64,000 nt of DNA from the human T2T-CHM13v2.0 reference genome, Homo sapiens (GCF_009914755.1 NC_060929.1); one strand, 5' to 3'. Shown: positions 24,238 through 39,500, numbered from the stretch's first letter. Notes: generated by a model from the sequence alone, not told the origin. Made by a program: numbers and translations.

Positions 24238-26169
24238 TGGATTAATCAATTGGATTGATCAGAAATTTCCCACATTATTGAGAAATAATTTCTAAGCCAC
24301 ATAATAATTGTATAAGTCTTAGATAAAATACTGAATGAGTTAAAGTTGTGACATTTAATTTAAACATTTAAAAAATATTTAACCTTATTGTTTTTTATTT
24401 TAAAATTCGATATGCAAAAGTATGACTGATTTAAAAAGACTTCAAGTCCAAGCTCAAACAGAGTCATATAATACAAACGCAGATTTTCATTTGGTTCTGC
24501 TTCTCTTTGTCACACCATATAAGTAAGTTTATCATAATTTACATTCTCATAAAAATAAGAGTTAAATAATATGACACCTTAGAGATAAGATGGTTTCTCA
24601 TTTTGTAATTCCTAAGGTCAAATATCTCTAATTTTACAATGAAAAAATAAAAGTGGGAGCATGCTGTAGATCTAAATCTATGTCATTTATACTGATAATA
24701 ATAGGGTGCAGAAGACTTGGTGTACCATAAATTATTTGAGGAAAGCATACAAAAAAAAGATAAAGGTAGGCCTTATATTCAGAAATGTTCACATTTATGG
24801 AAAGGAAAAAATGGGAAGGGGTAGAACTAGTAAAAAAAGGAACATATTTATATATTTTACCTGATTCAGTGTTGGTGACATTGGTATAGTATAAAGTTTA
24901 TCTGAAAACATATTTTTAACAAAGATTAATTTTTTAAAATAAAGCTAGGATACTAGGACATATAATCAATTTATGTTAATTATTGAAAAATTATAGGGAA
25001 AGTACTACAGTATTTCTTAGATTTATGGAATAGTTAATATTTTTCTACATTTTATAAATACAGCCTAAATAAGAAATAGTAATGTTGAGAGAAAAGAGGA
25101 ATGACGAGTATGTGGGAGTAGATTGCTGCTCTTTCCTTCTAAATTATAGAAATAATAGAAGTAATAATATTTTGCATTTAGGCTGCTTTTTCTCCTCAGA
25201 GCTTAAAGCAAGCACAAAGATTAAATTTGGTGTCCTCCTTCTTACCTATTCAACCAAGCTAAAACCTGTAGAAAAAATAAAAGAGCTATTCTGATTGCTT
25301 CTCTGATAAATTATAATAATTGCTATACTGTTTCCTTCATCACATAAGGAGGTCTATTTTCTTTACAAATTACATATGTAACTTTTCATTGTTTCCTAGT
25401 CACTAACGTTTGGTATTCAACACCTGTATTGGTACTGAGCTGATGCTTCTGTGTCAATGTGTGTGTTGAGGCAAGGGGTATTCGAAGGAAGAAGTGTTGA
25501 CCAGAGGGCCACTTACATTCATCATTAGTGCACCTCCCATGTAGTATTAATAGGCACATTTAACAGAGACCTGAAGTCTTATTAATCAAAATGGCAGTCT
25601 TAGTCTAAAAGATCTTTGGGAGAAGTTATCAATAAAGAATTTCATTGCAACATGAAATTGTGCCAGACCATTTATATAAAACAAATATAGATAGCACTTA
25701 CAGATTGAAATTGGAAGTGGATGGATGTCATTACGAGAAAATGGATTGAAAAATGCTGAATCTCACTAATCCAATTCTTCACAGGCTGTAATTTACTACA
25801 GTGACTCTACTTACAAGAGTGATCTGTGATATATTATAGATGGATGAAAAACTATTCATTCAACACATCTTTGAATTGTCCTACCTAATAGTGCTAGTTT
25901 ATTGCCTTAGCCAGAAACTTTCCATCTTGGGTTTTCTTTCAGAGATAAAATATTTCTTTAAAATTTTTTTGTAGCTATTTAATCTATCCAACTGAAGAGA
26001 TAAAATATTTCTTAATATGAAACATTTCTGTGACTATATCTAAACCATAACTACTTAGAACTTTTTAATGTGTTGTTGCTTTATTCATTATATTATTTAA
26101 TCCTAAATTACTTTTTCAAATATTTATTCTACAATTATCATTTTCTATCACCTAGTTTTATTTCATAAA

Positions 26170-26720
26170 ATGAGGATTTGGGGGTTGCAAGTAACAGAAG
26201 CCCAATTCAATTAGCTGAAATAGAAAATATTTCAAGGTGTCTTAACAAACCGAAGGCAGGGAAATAACTCATGTTAGAATCTAACAGGAACCAGAAATTC
26301 AACCGCCATCAACACAATTATTTTTCCATTTTTTTCTCTATGCATTTCTGCTTCTTCACTTTCACTGCAGAAAATGTGCTATACTTCTTAGTACAGCTGG
26401 CAGAATAGCCACTGAAGGATGTTATGCTGTATTGTAGGCATTAGAAACAAACTTCTCTGTCTTGATCAGTCTCTCCACAGGTCTCTTTCTTTCTTCCTCC
26501 GTACCTCCTTTTCTCCTTCTCTCTCTTTTTAATTTCTCTCCCTTCTTTCTGTGCCTCTCATTTTTTTTTCAGCTTCCAAAACCCTTAAGAACAGAAATAG
26601 AATTGGCCCAGATTGTATCAGATACGTGGTCCTGGGACACTCCCGGAAAGAAATACCAATTCATTTTAAATGGCTGCTTCTTTGGGAAGCATGCCAGTGA
26701 ACAGCATTTCTCAAAAAAGG
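26170..26720 (-). mobile_element. Very old MLT1-like LTR remnant
   Basis: ggttgcaagtaacagaagcccaattcaattagct is a typical MLT1 terminal motif; extent uncertain. Confidence 0.4.
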
Positions 26721-27632
26721 TGAGTGAGATCAAGATCAAGAACTATTCTGCAAACAAAGCTACTGGTTGATGACTTAAATGTATGCCATGGATACCAGAT
26801 TATATGTTTTTTTAACACCTTCCCTAGATTGTCCACTTCTTTTCTAAATTATATTAATTTCTGAAAATCTGTCTCATGGTAAATATTACATATTTTATTG
26901 TTTCAATGATTTTTTCATATTGTTTTTCTTTCAAACTCTCCAGGTAAATCAACCTTTTTTTCAACTTTTTTTTTCTTTTTCTTGTATACTTTCTTCTTTG
27001 CTGCCAAAACCAGTAGCCCAGTGTTTCATTTAAAATCCCAAAAGCACTGCACAGCAACTTTGCTGAAGCTGCATTTTTAAGATGAGTCTTTGGGGTATTT
27101 TTTGTTTGGATTTAAGGGGGAAAAATTAACAGGGTCATTCATGCAAAATTTTGCACAGCAAACTAAGTATCTAATTATGCTTTCCTGCAGCAGACTGTGC
27201 TGCACTCCAGATGTGTGCACTTAAATAGCTCTTTAATGTTCTGCAACTCCAAGTAATGACGTTCTGAAACTTTCATTTTTTTCCATGGAAAATCAGGTTA
27301 TCAACTTTAGTCAAAGAATAAACATGTTCTATTATGACACAATATACTAAGTCAATCATGTTTATGCCTGATTCTGGGAGAAAATCAAGCTTGTGTCATT
27401 TTGAAATTTCAGTGGCATAGAAACTTGCATGGACTATGAGGCTAAATGTTTATGCCAACATAGAAATACATTATACAAGTATTTTCAGAACATTGCTTAG
27501 GGAAGTCATAAAATAAGAATTTTAAAAAGTCATACCAGGTTAAAATTTAAATGACTGTTTTTTGAAGAACAGAAATCAAGGTCCAACATAGGCTTATTCT
27601 TTCTAAACAGGGCATTTTAACCTGCTAAGACC

Positions 27633-27678
27633 GTGTGTGTGTCTGTGTGTGTGTGTGTGTGTGTCTGTGTGTGTGTGT
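27633..27678. repeat. Interrupted (TG)n microsatellite
   Basis: Directly visible. Confidence 0.95.
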
Positions 27679-28649
27679 ACCTATATAAACATTTGAGTGC
27701 TTATACAATGGTTTTATTCTAGTGCATTATTGTCCCTTTCACATGTTCTTGCATTTTGCATGTTTCAGTATTAAGCCAGTGTAGAATACAAATGATTTAT
27801 TTTTATTGAAGTATTCTCCAACACAGCCTTCCCTACTGTGGCAATTTTGGAAGTGCATATAAATATTCCAGATACAAAAATCTTAGCAGTGAAATAAGCT
27901 AACCACACAAATTGATCTTGTAATTATAAATGCTACATGAAAAACTCAATACATTTTTTAATGTTCAAATTAAGACACACTTAATTACATAGTAACTGCT
28001 AAAAAAGAGGCATATAATTTAGAGTTATGCCAAAGAGTGTCGTTCAGATTTAGATGCTTCTAATCATGGGGGAAACTTGCTCACCGCTGGTAAATGTTAA
28101 CTTTGATGAGCAAACTGGTGATTATCCAAGGAAAAATCTACTAATGGAAATGTTGTGTTCACATAATTTCAGGTGTCTTTTTTTCATTGACCTATTTTGA
28201 AGTTTGTTTTAAAACTCATTATTTCAGTTTCTTGTTAATTTATTTAGTGTTACACAACAATGGAGGTTTTCAACTGAAAGATAATTTTTAAAAGTTCAAT
28301 AGCTTACTCAGAAACACTATTATGTGTACTGATTATGTTCCAGAGGATAGTAAACAAATACCTATTTTATCCCAAGTTGCATGTAAAATGTATGCGTTTT
28401 CAATGTACTTCAGTCAAAAACAATATGATGATAATAGCAGAGATACAGAAAATTTTCATGACAGTTTAAAAAATTACCATGAATCCTGGTCCTTGAGGAT
28501 AAAGAGTTTTTGTTAGAAGGGAATAATAGAGATAGATATAAGTTTATGGAGATTAAGTGGTCAATTCTAAGCAATTTCAAAGTCTATCAAGTTTAATATG
28601 TTTTTCTTTAGGACTAAATTTACTTAAAATATATGACTTCCATTTTCTT

Positions 28650-29987
<1,338 letters not shown>

Positions 29988-30218
29988 TATGACTTCCATT
30001 TTCTTTCATATATTTTCATCGTTAGCTTTCCTTTATGTTTATAACTTTCTAAGGATAAAAGGAGAAAAAAAGGGAGAAGTTGACAAAGACCTTCTTGGAA
30101 TAACTAGAAAAGAGTTGAAAGGGAAAGGAAATCAGAAGAACAAAAATAATCTGTATATAAATGTAAAAAATTGCATTAACTAAAATAAACCTAACTTTAA
30201 ATGAATTTAAAAAGGAAA

Positions 30219-30671
30219 TGGAGGAAATAATAAGTAAACAAAAGACCAGGAGATCTTCAGAGGAAAAAGGGAGAGCTTTATATTCTATTACAAAAAACAA
30301 ACAAACAACAACAACAAAAAAAAAACAATGTGTAGGTTGGGGAGGCATGTCCTCCAGGACAAGTGAAAGTCTGCTTTCCAAAAAACAAATGGAGGGTCTG
30401 CCTTAAATAGGCAAAGTTCTTACCCTCGTTCTCAATGATGTTCACTTATGCAAATAAAAAAATTTACATTTGTTCAGTTCTGATTGGTCAAAATAGTAGA
30501 GCCCTGACTGAGTAAAGAAAGGTCTTGTGATACTTTTACAACATCTTTTTGAGAACATAGAGTCCGTGACTACTTCCTCACTTAGTCATGGCTTTCTGAT
30601 CCTGTTTTAACTTTGAGCATCTCAGCCACATGGAATCTATTTTGTCCAATCACCAGGGGCATACTTTCACA
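30219..30671 (-). mobile_element. MER67-like ERV1 solo LTR
   Basis: Ends ctgttttaactttgagcatctcagccac...ggggcatactttcaca; contains CCAAT (ctgattgg) and octamer (atgcaaat) motifs. Confidence 0.6.
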
Positions 30672-31059
30672 CTACAAACCCCTTATGAATGGAAGTAAAA
30701 GAAGTGGTTAAGCAAGTAGTTAAGAATGACAAGTGAGTTGAACAGTAGACAGGCCATTTATTCCCTAGAACTATTAAGCTTCTCTCCAATCAGAAGCAGG
30801 AGTAAGAAGAGCCAAACATCCCTAAAGCCATGGCAGTGTGGGATTATCTATAAATGAGTATGGAGGTTTATGAAGGCAGGTGTTCATTTATCATCAAGTA
30901 TACAACCATATAATTATTAGTTTCTTTCTTATATTTACCCAGCACTTTGTTGGAATTTCTGGGAAAGTGAATATGAAACTTCAAGACCAATCATTTCTAA
31001 AAATTTTATAGCACAATCCAAGAAATACAAAATACTATCAGTTAAAAATGTAATCTTTG

Positions 31060-31262
31060 AAAGAATGAAAAAAATATGTTTTATGCTTTTCTTCATACTG
31101 AGGTTCGAAATCCAGTGTGTTTTCCCGTTATATCACATTTAAATTTGATCAGATATACTAGATCTGTATCTAGATTTAATATTATAGTTATGAGAAAACA
31201 TTGACACAACCAAGTTGTCCAAACAGTGTTAAAGTCTTCTAAAAACTGAATCAAGTATCAGT
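31060..31262. mobile_element. Charlie1/MER33-type hAT fragment
   Basis: ttcatactgaggttcgaaatccagtgtgtttt...cacatttaaatttg. Confidence 0.55.
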
Positions 31263-31269
31263 TTAAAAA

Positions 31270-31920
31270 ACACTTTATTGAAGTAAGACTCACATACAAA
31301 AAGTTGTACATACTTAATGTGTACAACTTCATTTGGAGATAAGTATACATCTATAAAACTATTACTACAATCAATGCCATAAAGATGACCATTACCTCCA
31401 AAAGTTTTTTCTCATCCTTCTTGTTTATTATTTTTATGTTACATAATAAGAAAACAACATAAAATTTACCCTTAGCAACTTTTTAACTGTATAATATAGT
31501 TTTGTTAATTGCAATCACTGCACTATACAGTACAGTGTATCTCTGTGACTTATTCATCTTGCATAATTGAAATTTTGCATACTTCGACAAATACCTCCCC
31601 ATTTCCCCCTTATCTCAGCACTTGGTAATCACCATTTTACTCTCACTTCTATGAGTTTGACTATTTTAGATTTCCACATAAATGTTATGTTAGTATTTGT
31701 CCTTCTGTTTCTGGCTTATTTCACTTAGCCTAATGTCCCACAGATCAATCTGTGTTGTTGAAGATGTCAAACTTTTCTTTTTTAAGGCTGAATAATATAC
31801 CATTTTTTGCATGTAACACATTTTCTTCATCTTGTCTATAAGTGAGCACTGAGGTTGCTTGGCTATTATGAATAAAGCTGCAATGAACAGAGAAATGCAG
31901 TATCTCTTCCAGATCCCAAA
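31270..31920 (-). mobile_element. L1MA/L1MB 3' end
   Basis: Antisense 3'UTR motifs (tctatgagtttgactattttagatttccaca; ctggcttatttcacttagc). Confidence 0.8.
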
Positions 31921-32329
31921 CGTTTTGATGTAATTTTTGTTTGTTTGTTTAGTTGCAAGGTATAGAAATCCACAAAGAGTTATTCAAGTAATAAGGTAAT
32001 TTGTTGAACAAAAGCTGACAAATTTGCAAAACTTAGTAGCAAGAAGGATAATTAAGTTTCAGTCTATGGAGTAATTTTCCAGTTAGTTTTGGCCAAAGTG
32101 AGGTCACCCGATATACTACCATTTACTGATTAAAAAAATATATATATATGGGGCAGTTTTACTGAAGAGAGGAGTGTGGGAGTTGAGTCAGTATTTGCAC
32201 TGACTGATAATCAATACTAATGGATAACATTAACAGTATAATGCAGTATATTAACATTATCCAACGATCAAATAAGAAAGGATAGATTCAATTACTATCT
32301 AGTACTTTCGTGAATGGGAATTTATTCTT

Positions 32330-35130
32330 CAATCCATTATTCTTTGTCCTCTACTCTTACTTCCTTCTTAACATTGCTTTAGTTGAGAAACTAAAGCCAC
32401 ATCAGATGAGTTTGTCTCAACTAAGATTACTCATAAGTTTTTAATTGATAAGCTATATGCCCTATTTTAAATTCTCACCTTCTTGTATTGCAGAGTAGCA
32501 TTTGGCAATTATGAACTTCCCACTACTATTTGAAACTCTTGTCTTTTTGTTTTCTTCAGTTCTACTCTTAATTCATTTTATTTATCTTTTATAACTTTGT
32601 GGCTCTTTCTTTGTTCTCTTTCCACCTCACAAGGTTTATCCCAGATTTATTTGATTAGTACTCCATTTTAGATTATGTCCTATTCTAACTCAAAATATTT
32701 CCTTAGGTAATCTGACGTACATTTATGATTTCAAACATCATCAGATATTACTGAGATGGTATGCAACTGTTTGTGTTTATGTATGGTTGTGTATGCTTGT
32801 TGAGGTAAAGGTCCACAGATTTCACCAAATATTTTTGAGTTCTATGAAAATTTAGAAAAACTCTATATTAAACTTGTCTTCAGAATTTCAAGCATATAAT
32901 TCTTGCTTTTTAGCATGTCCACCTGGGTAAACTGAAAACATTGTACAATCTCATGCTTAGCACATACAAAATTGAATTTATTACCTATCTGCAAAAGTAT
33001 ATTTCTTATTTCTTTAATTTGTTAATTGAATTATTTTCCATTTACTCTGAAACTACCATTTCATTGTTAAATCTAGATTTCTCCCCTCCCCCTCCCCCTC
33101 CCCCTCTCCTTCTCCCGTCTCCATCTCCCCATGGTCTCCCTCTCCCTTTCTCTCCACGGTCTCCCTCTCCCTCTCTCTCCACGGTCTCCCTCTCATGCTG
33201 AGCCGAAGCTGGACTGTACTGCCGCCATCTGGGCTCACTGCAACCTACCTGCCTGATTCTCCTGCCTCAGCCTGCCGAGTGCGTGGGATTGCAGGTGCAT
33301 GCCGCCACGCCTGACTGGTTTTCGTATTTTTTTGGTGGAGACAGGGTTTTGCTGTGTTGGCTGGGCTGGTCTCCAGCTCCTAACTGCAAGTGATCTGACA
33401 GCCTCGGCCTCCTGAGGTGCCGGGATTGCAGACGGAGTCTCGTTCACTCAGTGCTCAATGTTGCCCAGGCTGGACTGCAGTGGCGTGATCTAGGCTCGCT
33501 ACAACCTCCACCTCCCAGCCGCCTGCCTTGACCTCCCAAAGTGCCGAGATTGCAGCCTCTGCCCGGCCGCAACCCCGTCTAGGAGTGAGGAGCGTCTCTG
33601 CCCGGCCGCCCATCGTCTGAGATGTGGGGAGTGCCTCTGCCCCGCCACCCCGTCTGGGATGTGAGGAGCGCCTCTGCCCGGCCGCGACCCCGTCTGGGAG
33701 GTAAGGAGCATCTCTGCCCGGCCGCCCCGTCTGAGAAGTGAGGAGCCCCTCCGCCCGGCAGCCGCCCCGTCCGGGAGGTGGTGGGCAGCCCCCGCCCAGC
33801 CAGCCGCCCCGTCTGGGAGGGAGGTAGGGGGCGCCTCCACCCGGCCGCCTCCCCGTACGGGAGGTGGGGGGCGCCTCTGCCCGGCCGCCCCTTCTGGGAA
33901 GTGAGGAGCCTCTCTGCCCAGCCGCCACCCCGTGTGGGAGGTGTACCCAACAGCTCATTGAGAACGGGCCATGATGACGATGGCAGTTTTGTCTAATAGA
34001 AAAGGGGGAAATGTGGGAAAAAGATAGAGAAATCAGATTGTTGCTGTGTCTGTGTAGAAAGAAGTAGACATAGGAGACTCCATTTTGTTCTGTACTAAGA
34101 AAAATTCTTCTGCCTTGGGATGCTGTTAATCTATAACCTTACCCCCAACCCCGAGCTCTCTGAAACATGTGCTGTGTCAACTCAGGGTTAAATGGATTAA
34201 GGGCGGTGCAAGGTGTGCTTTGTTAAACAGATGTTTGAAGGCAGCATGCTCATTAAGAGTCATCACCACTCCCTAATCTCAAGTACCCAGGGACACAAAC
34301 ACTGCGGAAGGCCTCAGGGACCTCTGCCTAGGAAAACCAGAGACCCTTGTTCACTTGTTTATCTGCTGACCTTCCCTCCACTATTGTCCTATGACCCTGC
34401 CGAATCCCCCTCTGCAAGAAACACCCAAGAATGATCAATAAATACAAAAAAAAAAAAAAATTAAAAAAAAATCTAGATTTCTCCTTATCTCTCATTCCCA
34501 GATATTTTTAACATTGAATATGAACACTAAATCTATCCATCCCAAGTCTACTACCTTGGTTAAAAATCTTTCAGTGGCCTTGTAAAGTATGAAATAAAAT
34601 TCTTTCTAATCATCCTATTCCAGACCATCTTCCATGTTGTCAGTTGACTATGTCAGTTCAATGATTAAAAAGAAAACAAAATAAAGCAAAAAATTTGTGG
34701 GCACCTATTGTCTGTAGGAAAAACTTTGCAGACTCTTCACAGTTTCTTCTCTCTGCTACTTGCATCTCAGACTTTGTCATTAGTATTACTGTACTTCTCA
34801 CCATTCTCCAAATAGTCAAGCCTTTCAAATTCTTCTCAAAATGAAATATCTATGTTTCTAACCTTTGCAAATTCCTACCTGACCTTAAAATCATATTCAG
34901 TTTTAATATCTTAAATGGGAAATTTTCCCAGTCCCAGAATAAGTTTAATTGGTCATCGCTCTAGGTTCACATAGCATATATCTAGTATTTCTCTTTATAT
35001 TAAGATGTGCTACAATTTTCTTGTTTATCATCCCATTTAAATAATGAGCTCCTCAAGGACATTATTTCCCACATGTCTTAAAGGTATTAGACTATATAAT
35101 TACACTATGCTGCTCAGATAAATATTGATA
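32330..35130. mobile_element. L2 fragments interrupted by the SVA
   Basis: L2-like phrases on both sides of the SVA (catgtccacctgggtaa...ctcatgcttagcacatacaaaattgaa; aatgagctcctcaaggaca). Confidence 0.5.
33085..34468 (+). mobile_element. Full SVA retrotransposon (SVA_B-like): CT-rich head, Alu-like region, short VNTR, SINE-R, poly-A
   Basis: All domains present; AATAAA at 34437-34442; 16-bp TSD aaatctagatttctcc (33069-33084; 34469-34484); endonuclease site TT/AAAT. Confidence 0.97.
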
Positions 35131-36211
35131 TGATATCAGATATGGAGAAGAAAGAGAAACATAAAGCAACACCAAATATTAGTATCTGTGGCTCCCTTTC
35201 TTGAAGATAATATTGTCAATGAGAATTTTCCGGGAGCCATGTTGTTCTAAATAATGCTTGTATTGCATAATAGTTTATTTCTTAAAACAAAACCCAAAAC
35301 AAAATCACCTTCTATAATTTCTGTAAAACTAAAGATCAATTTAAAAAGAATTAGAACTGTTACAATTTAATAGGGGAAAAATCTTAATAATTATTTTGAT
35401 CTGAGAAACTTAGTTATCTATTATATGCAATAAAAATTAATTCACAAAATAGACAAGTACAGATACATATATATCTGTTTTGACAATTACATTAAATTTT
35501 CTAGAATAAACAATAGCAGCCGTGCCCTGAAATATCTGCACTTTTACTGGAGTATTACAACCTACACTGATAATGTGCTGTTAAATCCCTAACAAATCTA
35601 AATTTGACACCACCAGAGAAAAAGACATATCATAAAATAAGATTAGAAAGATGGAAAAAAATTTATTTTAATTTATGCCCAATACTTTAATTTCTCTATG
35701 TAAATATTAGAAAAATTGGTTAAATGGTTTAAGCAATATTCTTTCTAACACAAGGATTAAAAAGTCAAGTTTTATAGCTCAGAAACATTTCAGAAAAATG
35801 TTTCATAAGTATATAATCAACATAGAAACTTCAAATGAAACTCATAAAATGTTCCACAAAATACCCATAAGTAAGAAAACATGGACAAGTAATTTCTACA
35901 GCGCAAAATTCTGCTTTGTAGTTAATATTTCTCAATTACAATTATAACCACATACTGATATAACCTCACAAAAGATCAAACCCCAAAAAGTTGAAGCTTT
36001 TTATCTGAAAATAAATGATATACGTCCCATTTTTAAAAACTATTTTATTAATTGATTGATGATATTTTATTGCTTTTACATAGGGTTTAAAGATCCCTGG
36101 ATACAAAAATGAAAGACTAAGAAATTCCTTTAAATCTAATATGTATACATCAGAAACAACTTAAATATTATTTTTGAGTTGAATTCAATGGTCAGCAATT
36201 TTTTCTTATAA

Positions 36212-36519
36212 CTTTCTTTTTTTTAATTTTATGTTTTTTTAAAATTTTAATTGCATTGGAGGTACAAGTGGTTTCACTACCATGAATTGTATAGTGGTAT
36301 AGTCTGAAATTTTACTGCACCTGTCACCTGAGTAGTGTACATTGTACTCAATATGTAGCTTTTCATTCTGCACCCTCCTCCCACACTTCTCCTTCAGAGT
36401 TTCCAATCTCCATTATACTGCTCTGTATGCCTTTTCATACCCATAGCTTTGCTCCAACTTATGAGTGAGAAAATACGGTATTTGATTGTTAATTACTGAG
36501 TTACTTCACTTAGAATAAT
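36212..36519 (-). mobile_element. L1PB-type 3'UTR and poly-A (3' end of the composite L1)
   Basis: ggtacaagtggtt...catgaattgtatagtggt...ctgagttacttcacttagaataat. Confidence 0.85.
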
Positions 36520-36520
36520 A

Positions 36521-39500
36521 TGATTCATAAAATAAAAAAATACAGCAGCTGAAAGATAACATGGCCATTATAAGAAGGAACCAAACTGATCTGATAGAGC
36601 TGAAAACACACTATAGAATTTCATAATAAAATTGCTGGTATTGACAGCAGAATAGGCTAAGTTGAGAAAAAAAATCTCAGATATCAAAGGCTGGTGCTCC
36701 AAACTAACTTAGTCAGATAAAAATGAAGAAAAAAGAATGAACATAGCATTTGATACTAATGGTATTATGTAAAGAGACCAAATCTATGATTCATTGTCAT
36801 CCCTGAAAGACAGCAGGAGAAAGCAAGCAACTTGAAAAATGTATTTCAGGATATCAGCCATGGAAATTTTTCTAACCTCACTAGAGACTCCAACATTCAA
36901 ATTCAGGAAGTGCAAATAACTCCAGTAAGATATTACAAGAGAAGACTATCCCCTAGACACAAAAGCATCAGATTCTCCAGGTCAAAATTAAAAAAAAAAA
37001 AAAAAAAAGGAAACTAGTGAGAAGGGGCAGGTTACCTACAAAGGGAACACCATTAGGCTACCAGCCGACCTTTCAGCAAAAATCCTACAAGGCAGAAGAG
37101 ACTGGGGGCCTATATTCAGCACTCTTAAATCAAAGTATTTCCATATAATTACATATACAGCCAAACTAAGCTTCATAAGTGTTGGAGAAATAAGACATTT
37201 TTCACAAACACAAATGCTAAGGGAATTTGTTACCTCAAACCTACCTTATGAAGTTGTGAAAGGATCACTATGAATGGAAAGAAAAGACCATTATCAGCCA
37301 CTAAAAAACATACTTAAATACATAGACCATTGACACTATAAAGTAACCACACAAACAAGCCTGCACCAGATAACAACATTATGAAAGGATCAAATACACA
37401 CATATCATTATCAACCTTGAATGTATTAACCTTGAATGTACTGGGGCTAAATGCCCCAATTAAAAGGCACAGAGTGGGCTGGGTGCAGTGACTCATACCT
37501 GTAATCCTAGCACTTTGGGAGGCCAAGGCAGGCGAATTGCTTGAGCCCAGGTGTTCAAGATCACCACAACATGATGAAACCCCATATCTACAAACAAAAC
37601 AAAACAAAAAAATTAGTTGGGCATGATAGTGTGCACCTGTAGTCCCACCAACTCAGGAGGCTGAGGCAGGAGATCACTTGAATCTGGGAGGCAGAGGCTG
37701 CAATGGGCCAAGAGCATGCCACTGCACTCTAGTCTTGGATAAGGAAATAAGGCCCAAATGTATGTTGTCTTCAAGAGACCCACCTCACATGTAATGACAC
37801 CCACAGGCTCAAAGTAAAGAGATGGGGGAAAATCTACCCAGCAAATGGCAAACAGAAAAATGCAGGGATTGCTAACCTAATTTCAGACAAAAAGATAAAC
37901 AAACTTTAAATCAACACAGATCAAAAAAGACAAAGATGGCCATTATACAATGGTAAAGGGTTCAACTTAATAAGAAGACCTAACTATCCTAAATTTATAT
38001 GGACTAAGCATGGGAACATCACAATTTATAAAGGAAGTTCTTAGAGATCTAGGAAAAGATGTAGATTTCCACACAATAAGAATGAGAGATTTCACCACCC
38101 CACTGACAGTATTAGACATATAATTGAGGGAGAAAAAATAACAAAAATATTCAAACTTAACACTTGAGCAAATGGACTTAATAGACACGTACAGAACACT
38201 CCAACCCGAAACAACAAAATATATAATATTTTCATTTGCACATGGCACATATTCTAAAATCAACCACTCAGACATAAAATAATCCTCTGCAAATCCAAAA
38301 AGCTGAAATCATACCAACCACACTCTCAGACCACAGTGCAATAAAAATAGAAATCAATACTATGAATAACGCTCAATATCATACAATTATATGAAAATGA
38401 CTTTTGAGTAAATAATGAGATTAAGGCAGAAATCAAGAAATTTTTTGAAACTAACAAGGGTACAGCATACCAGAGTTTCTCAACTAAAGCAATGTTAAGA
38501 AGGAAGTTTATAGCACTAAATCCCCAAATCAAAACATGAAAAAGATCTCAAATTCATAATCAACATCCCACCTAGAGAAACTAGAGAAACAAGAGCAAAC
38601 TAACCCCAAAGCTAATAGAAGACAATAAATAAGCAAAATCAGAGCTGAATGGAAGGAAATTGAGATGCAGAAACCCATAAAAAAGATTAATGAATCCAAG
38701 AGTTGTTTTCTAAAAGAATAAATAAGTTATACCACTAGTAAGACTAAAAGAGAGAGAAGATACAAATAAACAATTAGAAATGACAAAGGGAACATTATCA
38801 CCAATCCCATGGAAATAAAAGTAATCCTTAGAGACTACTATAAACACCTCCATGCACACAAGATAAAAAATCTAGAAAAGATGGATAAATTTCTGGAAAC
38901 ACACAGCTTCCCAAGATAGAACCAGGAAGAAAGTGAATCCCAAACAGACCAATAATGAGTTCTAAAGTCGCATCAGTTAAAAAAGCCTGCTAACCGGAAA
39001 AAACCCAGGACCAGACATATTCACAGCTGAATTCTAACTGATGTATAAAGAGCCAGTACCATTACTACTGAAACTACTTCAAAAAATTGAAGAGGAGGAA
39101 CTCCTCTTTGACTCATTTTATGAAGTCAATATCATTCTGATATCAAAACCTGTCAGTGACCCAACAAAAAAAGAAAACTTCAGGCCTATATTTTTGATGA
39201 ATATATACGCAAAAATCCTCAACAAAATCCTAGCAAACTAAATGCAGCAGCACATTAAAAAGCTAATCCATCATTATCAAGTAGGATTTAACCTTGATAA
39301 ATACTATCAAGTAGGATTTAACCTTGGGATACAAGGTTGATTCAACATATGCAAATGAATAAATGTGATTCATCACATAAACAAAAATAAAAATAAAAAT
39401 TACAATATTATCTCAAAAGATACAGAAAAGGCTACTGAGAATATTAAACATCTCTTCAGGGTAAAAACACACAACAAACTAGGCACTGATGAAACGTATT

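Noticed and set aside
32941-33996. Pro/Arg/Gly-rich ORFs of 60-167 aa
   Set aside because: These are open frames caused by the GC-rich SVA head and VNTR; there is no evidence of coding function.
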